Part shown: piece by piece, positions 43,893 to 56,292 of the stretch | Layout of the letters: each line of letters begins with the position of its first letter | Numbering within the stretch: position 1 is the first letter of the stretch | Source of the DNA: Octopus vulgaris | Taxonomy: Eukaryota | Direction: 5' to 3' | Length of the DNA: 64,000 bases | Assembly: GCA_951406725.2 (NCBI GenBank) | Contig: OX597835.1 | Span: 33,666,001 to 33,730,000, forward strand | The notes under the pieces: generated by a model | The model's input: only the letters and a program-made list of their open reading frames with translations | Told to the model about the DNA's origin: nothing | The model's database searches: none | Made by a program: the position numbers and the translations under genes

Positions 43893-45791
43893 AGTAAAAA
43901 TAGAAAATGCTAAAATAACTTTATAGTGAACATTTCAGAGGTTTCGGTCATTTTGAGACTTTTCAACTGTAACGATTAAATAATTAAATTTGAAAAATTA
44001 GAAGAAAGTTTTTTAAAACAATATTTCTATAGTATTTCAGATTTAGTGGCATCCCTTTCTCTGACTCCTTGTTTGCACTTGTGTGTTCGAGGTAGTTGGA
44101 GTTCTTGGTAGGGTAGTAGAGAAGGTGGTGAGAAGGGGTGGAGAATCTGGGAGTGCCCTGATGGTCGTATTTTGAATGGTCAGTGGCTGGCGTCTCAGTT
44201 CAATTCAGGAGAATATTTATATCACAGGCTTGTTTATAGAATAGCGTAGGTGTTATACTAAAAACATAGTGACAAACTAGGGTAGGGGTGAGAAGAAGAA
44301 GAAGAAGAAGAAGAAGAAGAAGAAGAAGAAGAAGAAGGAGAAGGAGAAGGAAGATGATGGTGATGGTGGTGATGATTATGACGACGATGATGATGATAAC
44401 GATGATGATGAAGAAGAAGAAGAAGAAGAAGAAGAAGAAGAAGAAGAAGAAGAAGAAGGAAGGAGGAGGAGAAGAGGTGGTGATGATGGTGGCGATGATG
44501 ATGACGCCGATGATGATGATAACGATGATGATGAAGAAGAAGAAGAGAACGAGAGAATATGAATGGAAATATAGCTATGAAGGGCTGTTATAATGGATTC
44601 TATGGAGTGTGTATTTGTGTGTATATATATTTTTCTTTTATTCTAAAGTTGAGGTATATTAATTGTTGTGTAGACCCGTTAGTTTGTATTTGTAATAAAG
44701 AGATTTTCTTTATTCTTGTTCGATTGTTCTCAATTGAGAGGATTCGAAGTTTGTTGTTGGCGCAAGTATCTTGTGTGGCATTTTTCTGTTTTGGGAATTT
44801 TATCGGATCTGTCGGCGCAAACCATTTTGTTTGGCCTATGTACTGTTTGACACCGGAGCAGGTTGTGAGTATATTAGGTCGAAGCACATGTGAAGTTGCT
44901 TTTCACTGTAGTTCTCCTTCAAACAGGGACAACGGTTTACAGTGAAAGCAACCCTTGCTTCGAACTATTCTCATAACCTGCTCGTGCGCATACATAGCCA
45001 AACAAATGGTTTTCAATGGCCAAAATTCCCAAAAAGAAAATATCACATTCTGCCAAAAACCAACTACACCATTTGGGACGATACTCGAGACAAAAATTAA
45101 AGAAAATTCTTTATACAAAATACAAGCCACTTAACGGTACGATTAATATACCTCAACTAGAATAAAAAATCACACACAATACTACACTCCATAGCCCTTC
45201 TAGTATATTTCTTCATTTCTCCCTTCTCTTTTTTCTTCTTCTTCTTCTCATCATCGTATCATCATCATCGTCGTCATAATCATCACCACCATCACCATCA
45301 TCTTCTCCTTCTCCTTCTCCTTCTTCTTCTTCTTCTTCTTCTTCTCCACCCCACTTAAGTTTGTCACTAATGTTTTTAGTATAACACCTACCTAATTCTA
45401 TAAACAAGCCTGTCGATATAAATATTCTCTGAATTGAACTGAGACTGCCAGCCGCCATGACCATTCAAAATACGACCATCAGGGCACCCAATTCTCCACC
45501 TTCCTCACCAGCCTTCCTCTACTACCCTACCAAGAACTCACACTACCTCGAACACACAAGTGCAAACAAGGAGTCAGAGAAAGGCAGAATGCCACTTAAA
45601 TCTGAACACTACTATAAATATTGTTTTAAAAACTTTCTTCTAATTTTCTAAATTTAATTATTTAATCGTTACAGTGAAAAGGTCTCAAAATGACCGAAAC
45701 CGGTACTGAAATGTTCACTATAAAATTATTTTAGCATTTTCTATTTTTACTTGTTTTCATATATATCAACTCGTTGTTCCTTTTCACCCTT

Positions 45792-45795
<4 letters not shown>
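43887..45795. mobile_element. Penelope-like element 3' end (GIY-YIG plus 3' UTR) duplicated as a head-to-head palindrome in (TA)n
   Basis: 43887-44910 is the reverse complement of 44938-45757; minus-strand translation TVKSNFTCAST..ILTTCSGVKQYIGQTK is the PLE GIY-YIG motif region. Confidence 0.8.
45672..45708 (+). ncRNA. Minimal hammerhead ribozyme, U3-A8 variant (mirror copy 43936-43969, minus)
   Basis: CAG (U)UGAAAA GGUC-UCAAAAU-GACC GAAA CCGG UA|CUG; each arm has a small deletion, and the two-arm consensus is complete. Confidence 0.65.
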
Positions 45796-45852
<57 letters not shown>

Positions 45853-46089
45853 GATGGGATTCTTTCAGTTTCTGGCCACCAAATCCACCCGCGAGGCCTT
45901 GGTCTTCTTGGTTTTTGTTTTTTACAATGAAAATTTGAAGCGACGCCATTACGCAAAAATAATTAAACAACTATAGAAAATTAACTCTCAACTTAAACAG
46001 GAAGAAAATCTTTAATTAATGATATTGTAATTAAGTGTGAAACTTCAAGAGATATAACAAGGATGGAACTTGAAATTGCCTGTGTGCAA

Positions 46090-46214
<125 letters not shown>

Positions 46215-46405
46215 TTTTCAGAGATATTGTTTGAAAAAAATATCCTGAAGTGATTATAACCAATGACAGAAAAATCTTTCACCATTCTCTTTATAAGAAT
46301 ATCATACTTTGGCTCTGGTCTTAAGAATTATTGTTTTTTGATGCGTTTTCTTATTAAGAAGTTTATGTCTGGATAGTACTTTTATATGTTATGTGTACGC
46401 ATGTG

Positions 46406-46512
<107 letters not shown>

Positions 46513-47414
46513 GTGTGTATGTATGTATGTATATATGTATGATTGAACGTATGTATATCTTTCTGTATGAGTCTGCGTATTTATGACTGTATGTGCGTGT
46601 AAATTTGTGCTTGTGTGTGTGAGCATGCGTATATATTAATGTGTATATATGTAATTGTGCGTTTGCATTCATCAAAGGAAAAATCAATCATTTCACTAAT
46701 CTTTATTATCTTTTCCTTTTTGCTATTCTTCTTCCTCCTTCTCTTTTTCCTTCTCGTCTTCTAGTTCTTCTCGTCATTGTCCTCTTCCTCCTTCTCCACA
46801 ACTCCTCTCCTCTTCCATAACCAGACTTATTCACACAAACGCACCACAAATTGAAGTCGAAACCCAGTAAAGCAGATCTAACCGTCTAATACAGACGACC
46901 TGAAGTGGAAAAATATATTTAAGCAAAGCAGAAAGAGTTGCTTTTCAATGACGGTTATCGATTAAGTCACGTGAAGAGATTTCGATTTGTTTCTTATTGT
47001 TATTCGTTTTCTTCTTCTTAAGGTCCGTTCTGCGAAAAGTACCGATGTGGATGGAATAATCAATGAATGAGAGTTTATGGAGAGGAACTACAATGGTGCT
47101 TAACTTGAAAGACATAATCAGAGCTCGGATATGAATAAAATAATAATAAAAAGAATGGGGAAAAACATTAGACGAATCACTATATTTGGAGTTTGATAGG
47201 AACAAAGTATTTTAGCGAGATATATTATAAGCTATTATATCTTACTGTAGATTCAAAGACAAATCTAAAAATATATCCTACTATGATAAATCATATACTA
47301 TTGGTTTAATAAAAAATCAAGGGTAAAGAAGTAAAATGATGACAAAACTGAACAAAAAAGCGATCGGTCAGAAGTGTGTATCAAGCCAGTATTTCTTGGC
47401 CGCAAAATTTCCAA

Positions 47415-47935
47415 TTTCAGATTTTGGTACAAGGCCAGCAGTTTGTGGGGAGTGGGTAAGTTGGGTTTTTTTTGTTGTTTGTTCCTTCGCGAGCCATGCC
47501 TGGCTCATAAGGACCGGTTTCCCGGTTTCTTGGCGTATAGGTTCCCCACCTGGACGGGACGCCGGCCCGTCGTAGGTCAGCTGCAAGATGCAGGAGGAAA
47601 GAGTGATAGAAAGTTGTGGCGAAAGAGTCAACAGAAGTTCGCCAGAACGTAAAGACGAACGAAATATCACCAGGCATCTTGCCGAGCGTGTAAACAATTC
47701 TGCCAGCTCACTCCCTTATTGGCCGCTATAATATTGACTTCAGATTTTGATACAAGGCAAGTAGTTTTGGGGAAGGGGCCGAGTCAATTAAATTGGCCCC
47801 AGTATTCAGTTATTACTTATTTTATTGACCCCGAAATGATGAAAGGCAAACCCGAATCCGGTGGAATTTTGAACTCAGAACGTAAACACGAATGAAATGC
47901 GGCTAAGCATCTTGTCCAGCTTGTTAACGATCCGG
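47415..47935 (-). mobile_element. SINE cluster: Nin-family head fused to Arg-family body with V-type tail (47478-47712), plus a Nin-type copy (47740-47935)
   Basis: Junction AGAAGTTCGC|CAGAACGTAAAGACGAACGAAAT at ~47642. Confidence 0.75.
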
Positions 47936-48911
47936 CCATCCATGAAGTAACAATGCCTCTATGTGGTCGCTAAACCAGTTAGATATAGTTAGAGCCAAAT
48001 CTTCAAATAACACCCTAACGTCTTTGAAAATTATATTTTGGCTAGGGAGAGGGGGCAACGTAGATCAATGCATGAGGGGGTATCCTGTCTTTAAAAGTAT
48101 TGCGAAAGGCCTGGTTGGAGGCCTACCCTTCCGGGTTCTTTTACATGGCTTAGAAAAACTGAAGGACCGCTACAGTGTGTGAATCTGAGAGGAGAATATA
48201 TTGAATGAAATCATAATTAACTGATCCTGTATTTTCTTTGACCCAAACCCAGGTACTTTTCAGCGCCGCCCCCCACACAGCGTAAATGGGATCATATTCC
48301 TATTTTATCATAAAGTTAGGATAAAAGGGCCGGTGCGATGCTAGAATACAATATTAACTGAGCTTCCAAAACTCTACTTACTAACTTCATGATTTTATAC
48401 TTGATCTATGTAAGCAGTGGTAGCACTCTGAACGTGATGGGTGCTTCGTTGACCAGACACTTGATCTTTCATTTTCCATTTTTTTTTTATATTTTACTTG
48501 TTTCAGTCATTTGACTGCAGCCGTGATGGGGCACCGTGATGGGGCACCGGCTTCTAACATTTCAATTCTAGTACCCTATTTTTAAAGTCTGGTACTTAAC
48601 TTATTGTTCCTGCTTTATCAAACCGCTAAGTCACGAAGACATAAGCAAACACCGGTTGTCAAGCGGTGGTGTAGGGCGAACACAGCACAAACACACGCAC
48701 ACACATACACACTGTTATAACTTAAAGCGAATAATGATATTGTGATCAGATAATAACTTTATAAACGAACGAAGAAGACATTGCAACATTTCCAAACCGA
48801 AGTGCCAAAATGGCGAACTGTAACTTCAGTTGTCCATGTTGCAAAATAAGCAGTCTGGACCACTGTAAGTGTACTAAGGCGAAAAGTGTAAATCCACAAC
48901 AACGAGACGAT

Positions 48912-49210
48912 GTTGTTTGCTCCTTCTCGAGCCACGCCTGTCTCATAAAGGCCGGTTCCCCAGTTTCTTGGCGTATAGGTTCGCCACCTGGACGGGACGC
49001 CGGTCCCTCGCAGGCGAGCTGCAAGATGAAAGTGTGACAGAAAGTTGTGGCGAAAGAGTCAGCAGAAGTTTTGCAATTACCTTCTGCCGGAGCCGCGTGG
49101 AGCTTTAGGTGTTTCGCTCATAAACACACACATCGCCCGGTCTGAGATTCGAACCGGCGATCCCTCGACCGTGAGTCCGCTGCTCTAACCACTAGGCCAT
49201 GCGCCTCCGC
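48912..49210 (-). mobile_element. Complete tRNA-Arg-like SINE with V-type tail
   Basis: B box GGTTCGAATCTC; shared body; GCGAGGGACCGGCGTCCCGTCCAGGTGG. Confidence 0.85.
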
Positions 49211-49594
49211 ATATCTAATGTCACCTGATAGAGTCAATAAAGTGTCCCTTCGGACAAATCGATCTAAGCTTAAATAATAAATGATGTGGGCGTGAAGAAC
49301 ATCACATGATAAAATCGTGTCCTTTGACTGGATGACACTTAATAAATACTGTTTTGTGTCGAGACAAATGGAGTTGTCTCACACACACATATTATTCAGA
49401 AACAGTATACAGACTAATGCTTCTTCTCTCCATTTTTCAACTCTTCTCTCTTTTCTCTCTTAACAAATTGTCTTGTGTAATTATTATTGGCAATAATCAG
49501 CGTTGATCTCCACCGCTGACGGATGACATCACAATATACAATAGCTAGTGGGAGATTTTGTGATCATAGTTGTCGCTGTTGTTGTGCTTACTTG

Positions 49595-50045
49595 AACAAA
49601 GCTGGCTACCCGCATGGTTCTTGGTCTCAAGCATTTGTCTTATGAAGAAAGGCTGAAGTCGCTCGATCTTTATTCTCTAGAAAAACGACGACGACGTGGT
49701 GATCTCACTCTCGCTCACAATATCATAAGCGGAAAGTGTAACCTCTCGAAGGAGCTGTTCTTCACTCCTGCTCCAGAGCGTCGGCTGCGGGGTCACTCCG
49801 AAAAGCTCTATCTGCGACGATTTCATTTCAATCGAAGGAGAGGTGTTTTGTCCGTCCGGGTTGCGGATCCTTGGAATAAGCTACCGGATGAGATAGTGAA
49901 AATGCCGACGACCGCTCGGTTTAAAGTCTCTCTTGACCAGAAATGGCCTGAACTCTTTGCATGAACACCCCCCTGTACATAACTCCATGTCCCCCTACAT
50001 GGCCTTGCTTTTTGCTTTTTGAGCCAAAATATTAACTTAACTTAT
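49595..50045 (+). mobile_element. CR1-clade LINE 3' fragment
   Basis: ORF 49614..49964 LSYEERLKSLDLYSLEKRRRRGDL..RGHSEKL..SVRVADPWNKLPDEIV..FKVSLD; short (TAACT)n tail. Confidence 0.9.
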
Positions 50046-50504
50046 TTTCATAAATTTGTCCTAAACGACAATCCTTGTTTTCAGATTTTTAGTTAATCCC
50101 TGTTTCTTACATTCTAAGTAAAAAAAGCTTTACTTTCATAAACCCTAAGTTACTCCGGTGGCTGACAAAAATTGGGAATACGTATCATATATGATGCTGC
50201 ATATTACATACGATACACAGGAGAGGCAAAGGATTAAACTAAGATTAGGGTTTATTCGCTTCTGATCCTTCCCCTATCCAAAGCATTTTCATTATCCTAA
50301 ACGTCTATGCTTGTTTTCAGATTGTTGGCTAGCCCTTGTTTCATACGTTCTGACTAATATAAAGCTATCTTTTCTAAGTACCAAATTACCCTAATGATTG
50401 AAGAAAAAATTCATGTCCAGTAAGTTCACCGTCATTATTTCATCGCTGGGTAGGTTCACCGTCAGCAATTCAGTTTTGGGTTTTTTTTACCCCCCAATAA
50501 AATA

Positions 50505-51065
50505 TTGGGTTGTCTGGAAAGTTCGTGTCGATTTATAGTAGCTTACCTTTCAACTTATTTTAGAACATGGTTGAGTCCATAAAATAGGACTACACCTCCA
50601 TTTAGAACACAGTTTGAACTATCTTTTCGTGGAAGAAGGTTTATGTTCCTATAACCTGTGTTAATTCTGTAACCCTTGAAAATGGAAGATAAGACAGTTC
50701 ATTTTTGGCACTTGCTGCTTTGGGAACCAGACAAAATTTGCTGCAGCTCGGCTTGGATGTGTTATCCCACCCTCCGTAGTCACCAGATATTGCTCCTTCG
50801 GATTTTCACTTATTCAGGTCTCTGCAGAATAGTCTTAATGGTAAAAATTTCAATTCCTTGGATGACGTAAAAAGATACCTTGATGAATTCTTTGCCATGA
50901 AATCACCTCAATTCTGGGAAGAAGGTATTTTCAAGTTAAAGGAAGGATGGAGACGCATTGTGCAACAAAATGGTTCATATTTGGTTGATTAAAAATGTAA
51001 TGGCAAGTATTTATTGACCTTTTTCTTTCCTTTAAAAATCAGCACGAACATTCCGGACAACCCAA
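50505..51065 (+). mobile_element. mariner internal-deletion derivative with intact TIRs and TA TSD
   Basis: TA|TTGGGTTGTCTGGAAAGTTCGTG...CACGAACATTCCGGACAACCCAA|TA; remnant HPP*SPDIAPSDFHLFRSL. Confidence 0.92.
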
Positions 51066-51613
51066 TAGCTTTTAACTATTAATGGTGAAATACTATGGAT
51101 GTGTTTTCTCGGTAAACTTTCCTCGCGGTGAACTTACTTCACGGTGAATTGATGATGGTGATCTTACCTGTAATCGAAAAAATAGTTAAGAATGTGTAAC
51201 GTATGTAATGCATAGACGCCATGTGACACACAAGACAGGCAGAAGGTTAAATGAAGAAGGAAATGGTATCATTCCACGTAAGAGTGCAGAAAGATACAGT
51301 ATTGGTTATTAGGGGTGGTAGGGTGAGAGAACAAACAAAGAAAACGAAACTAAAATGTGAAACAGCAAACACAACAGTAATAACTGCAACCACAAAAAAC
51401 TTCACTAGTTGATATATTGTGGTGCCATCTGTCGGCGGCGGAGATCAACGCTGATTATTGCCAATAATTATACAAGACAATTTGCTAAGAGAGAAGAGGT
51501 TAAAAATGGAAAGGAGAAATAAAAATAAGAAAAGAATAATGGACATTGTTTCTGAATAACTGTGTCAGTTCTATTGTGGCAGATCATCAATAAATTGAGT
51601 AGGAGTGGAGTAG

Positions 51614-51955
51614 GGTGGTGGTGGTGGTGGTGGTGGTGGTGGTGGTGGTGGTGGACGTTGTCGTCGTTGTGCTAGTGATGCTGGCGGTTCTGGGGCTGGT
51701 GGTGAATCTCGTGCTCGTGGTGGTGGTGGTCGTCGTCGTCGTCGTGCTAGTGGTGCCGGCGGTTCTGGGGCTGGTGGTGAATCTCGTGCTCGTGGTGGTG
51801 GTGGTGGTCGTCGTCGTCGTCGTGCTAGTGGTGCCGGCGGTTCTGGTGTTGGTGGTGAATCTCGTGCTCGTGGTCGTCATCGTGGTGGTGGTCGTCGTTG
51901 TCGTCGTCGTCGTTGCCGTCGTTGTAATCGTTGTAGCCACCGTCGTCATCATTGT
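51614..51955. repeat. GC-rich (GGT/CGT) minisatellite, three ~70-bp units
   Basis: GGTGGTGAATCTCGTGCTCGTGGT occurs three times. Confidence 0.85.
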
Positions 51956-52249
51956 CCAGAAAGGTTAGTGTATTTTCGTGTTTATCTTTGCTTCGTTAAT
52001 CACTAATAAATGAATTAATTGCCTTTTCAAAGGTAAATTGTGATAAAAGTAGAATAGATTTCGAGAGGTGACCGCTAGGGGACGCTGTCGGAGCCTCATA
52101 CGTGACAGCTGGCAATAACGCAATTGTTGTTACTATTACTACTACCACCACCACCACTACAACCACTACAACTATTACGACTACTACTACTACTACTGTT
52201 ACTATTACTACTATTACTACTACTATTAGTGTTGGTGTTCTGTCTTTTA

Positions 52250-52965
52250 CTCATGGTTGTCTGGTTAAGAAGTTCGCTTTGTAAACACGTGGTTTTGTGT
52301 TCAGACCCATTGCGCGGCACCTTGAGTAAGTGTCTTCTAATATAGCCCCGCGTTGACCAATGACTTCTGAGTGAATTTGGCAGACGGAAACTGTGAAGAA
52401 GCACCTCACACACATATGTATATACAGTGTGAGCGTGTCATTTATGTTCAGCTTACTCAGCACCCAGTCCCCGAATGACAACCCGTGATGGTTTGTTTAT
52501 TCCCCCTGTAACCTAGCGACTCGATAAAAGAAGCTGATATAATTAGTTCCAGATTTTAAAAGATAAAGACTAGGCTTGATTTTCGGCTAAACCCTTCAAG
52601 GCAGTGCCCTAGAATGGCTGCAGTACAATGAGTGATACAAGTAAAGGATGAAAGAAACGCTGCTACCGCCATAGATTGTGTCTATTAACACCTACCACAA
52701 GCAATACTAAGGAGCACTCCGTCGGTTACGACGACGAGGGTCCCAGCTGATGAGCATTCCACAGACACGTGTACCCTTAACGTAGTTCTCAGGGATATTC
52801 AGCGTGACACAAAGTGTAACAAGGCCGGCCCTTTGAAATACAGATACTGCGCATTATTGCCAGCTGAATTGAATAGAGGGACAAAACGCATCGCCAGGAA
52901 TTGAACGCATGACCTTACAATAGTGATTCGAACGCCCTAACCATTAATCCACGCGCCTTCATCAA
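52250..52965. mobile_element. Diverged SINEs: plus copy 52250-52650 and minus copy 52710-52962
   Basis: The second has the GCACTCCGTCGGTTACGA tail seen at 2996. Confidence 0.75.
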
Positions 52966-53121
52966 CCTATGCTAATTATTAATGATCTATAATAAAATAA
53001 GACAAGGCGTAGCGCTTTGTGAGAAGGTGGACTGCACTGAGCCCACCAGCGATTTCCACAAACAACAACAAAATTAAAGTAGCAACGTAGGGTTCAAAGC
53101 TAATCAAAGCTGTAAAGGGTA

Positions 53122-53740
53122 AAGAGCCCCTTCGGTCATGAATGACCATGGGATTGCACCTAGAAACCTACCCTCCGAGGCAAAATTCCGTGTAAGGTTG
53201 TTTTATTAATGACCAGTAGTTACCCATGCATTAATTATTCTTTCGCAAATATATATTCGTTATGAGAATCTGCCCAGTGTGATCTAATTGGACATATAAC
53301 GGACAAATAAAATGATGAGAGACTGTATAAAAGAAATAGTAAAATGGAACTGCGAGCTTGGGTGGGGCTCGTAAGTTATTCCATTTTTTCATTTCACAAA
53401 CACATCATCCGTTATATGTACTACACGTTTTGTGTTGTCAGTCCTTGTAATGTCCATTCTATGTTGGGACTTTATGCCTAAATAAAGAGAGGAGTAGTTA
53501 CCCATGCATACCAGCTTCCCCTCTCCACGCCACCGATGTTATCCAAAGGAAAGGCAAAGGGGCCGATGCAGCTTGGAGCCGGTGACGTCACAACTCATTT
53601 CTACAGCTGAGTGAACTGGAATAACAGAAATAAAATATCTTGCTCAAGAACACATCACGCGGCCCGGCCCGGGAATGGAACTCACTACGTCATGATTGTG
53701 AGCCCTCAACGCTCTAACCACTGAGCGATGCGCCTTCACG
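53122..53740 (-). mobile_element. tRNA SINE interrupted by a 261-bp insertion with 17-bp TSD
   Basis: AGTAGTTACCCATGCAT at 53215-53231 and 53493-53509. Confidence 0.8.
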
Positions 53741-54339
53741 ATGTACACCACACATAAAGCAGTTGATCCCATCTAACCTAGACTTCTACAAGGTTGACTG
53801 GAAATCGGTTCAAGAAGAGATCATAAAAGAAAAAGATGGTCCATAATTTTAGGTTTGGAAACGTAGTCGTGTGAAACTCAAAGATTATATCTGTCATATT
53901 CATTAGATTTTTCTCAAAACTAACCGTCAATGCACTCAGAAGCAGTGTTCGAAACAAGACAGTTCTTATGGGACAAAGAAAACGGTCTCAAATCGCTTAA
54001 ATAAACAATTTGATAAAATCGAGAAGTCCCAGCTCAAAAAACACACTTTCAGAGATATAAAATAAACACAAGAGTCTCTCATGAATCAGAAAGAGAAGAA
54101 AGAGAAAACAGAGCCATTGAAAATATTAAAATGAAAATTTGCAAAAGAATCTCCGTGGTGCGTTACAAGATAGGGCCACGTTTTGAAGAAAATGTCTCAC
54201 TGACTGCAGATCCCATATGAATAAGTGAAATATAAAATACACGATTCTAAAGTGTTACCAGTTGTCCACTTAGGGATATGCATATATATGAGCTTCATGA
54301 AATCTTGTATAACGAAATACGGGTTCTCTACAAGTAAAT

Positions 54340-54403
<64 letters not shown>

Positions 54404-54556
54404 ATTTACTTGTAGAGATATAATCAATATAAGGGTAGCAAAAAATTCAATAGAAATTTTTTCGCCACCAGCGGTCTACTGAGAAAGAGAAAATAGCCAC
54501 AGACTATATATATATATATATATATATATTTATGTTAAACATAAACATAACGACGT

Positions 54557-54595
54557 AAGAAATTTGTAAAGCTAAACGCGAAACCGGTCTTTCTT
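54557..54595 (+). ncRNA. Degenerate minimal hammerhead-like motif between (TA)n tracts
   Basis: AAGAAA U UUGUAAA GC-UAAAC-GC GAAA CCGG UC|UUUCUU; 6-bp stem I, non-canonical core. Confidence 0.45.
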
Positions 54596-54712
54596 CTAAA
54601 TTATGTCATTGTAAGAAAAAAATTTATAATATTCTTCAGACATATTGACTCAAATATATATTCTTTAACCTTTTAAAACAAGCCTTCTGTAGTTTTTTCA
54701 CTTTTTACTATT

Positions 54713-54767
<55 letters not shown>

Positions 54768-54823
54768 CATACATGTATATACATATATCTTTATATACAT
54801 ATATATATATACATATATGTGTA

Positions 54824-54880
<57 letters not shown>

Positions 54881-54919
54881 ATATATATAGAATACATATA
54901 TATATATGTATATACCTAG

Positions 54920-55344
54920 ATCCTACCCTAAAAATATTTAAGGTTTTGTGTCTAGAGTTGAAAGGACTATTGTCCTTGCTGCTGTTGAGCGAAGCGGTCT
55001 TCGTCCTCTTGGGAGAAGTCTGAAACGTGGTCCTTTGCTATTAGTAAGACCCGCAGAAGAGAAAGCAGGTCAACCTCCGACACAGAGAGCATCGACGGAT
55101 GGATGAATGCGCATCCAGGCTCAGCAGTTGCATAGGAAATCGGGTACAAGAAACAGGAAGAAAGAGTGAGAGAAAGTTGGAGCGAAAGAGTACAACAGGG
55201 GTCGCCACCACCCCCTGCCGGAGCCTCGTGGAGCTTTAGGTGTTTTCGCTCAAAAAACACCCACAACACCCGATCTGGGAATCGAAACCGCGACCCTCCG
55301 ACTGCGAGTCCGCTGCCCTAATCACTGGGCCATTGCGCCTCCAC
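54920..55344 (-). mobile_element. tRNA-Arg-like SINE with a third type of 3' module
   Basis: Head/body match 2987-3346; the tail (54920-55140) is unrelated to the other two tails. Confidence 0.82.
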
Positions 55345-56292
55345 TACTGGTGCTTCTGTGTTTCGTGTTGTCGTTGTGGTAATTGTTCTTCTTGTAGTTA
55401 TTCTTCTGGTTGATGTTGTTGCTCTTTCCTGCTATTGTTGCTGTTGCCTTTCACCTTTTTCGGAGTCGATGAATTAAGTACCAGTTCCGTACTGGGATCG
55501 ACCTAATCAACTGACAACCCACTCTCCAAAACTTTTGGGTCTTGTGCCTAAAGTAGCAAATAATATGCGAGAGTATGAGGGTGAGGTTGTACTATTCCAC
55601 TCTCAATTTTTTCGTGTCTTGAATATTCTTTATTTCTATTCGGCAGTTGCTATTTCTGTTACAACCAATAGGCAGTTGTCAATCCATATATATACATATA
55701 TAAAATACACACACACATGTATATATCTGTACATATATACATATATATATATACACGCATACATATATGCATGTGTATATATATATGTATATACACACAT
55801 ACAAACATACTCGTGAGTGTGGGGTTTATTGTATTACAGTAATAGCATGCAAGTAAATTTGCTGTATTTCATTTTCCTCTTTCCATGTTTTTTATTACAA
55901 ATTAGATTTGTCTTCCAATATTCCAGCTTCATTTTCTTCCACAACCAAAGAAAAGGAGAAATCTTTCCATCATTATTCTACTAGTTTCAACCATTAACAT
56001 CAATATATATCTACTTTGTCATACACACAGGACTCCTGCGCTCTCTCTTTCTTCTTTCCCTCTCTCTCTTTCTCTCTTCTTTCTCTCTTTCTCCTCTCTC
56101 TCTCTCACTTTCCCTCCCTCTTTTTCTCGCTCCTGTCTTTCTAACATTCTTCTCTCTCAAATTATGTATCGCTGTTTATCTTATTGTTCACCATAGCCTA
56201 AACCTTAAACTGAAGGTATTAAGTAACCTGTTAGAGAGAGGATATCACGTGATATAGCTACACACCACCGCCGCTACCAACGATAACCTATA

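Larger units (their letters stand above)
49391..51562. mobile_element. ~200-bp inverted repeats (49391-49590 and 51360-51562) enclosing nested insertions; possible non-autonomous TIR element
   Basis: AAATTGTCTTGT..ATTATTGGCAATAATCAGCGTTGATCTCC on the left; its reverse complement on the right. Confidence 0.6.
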
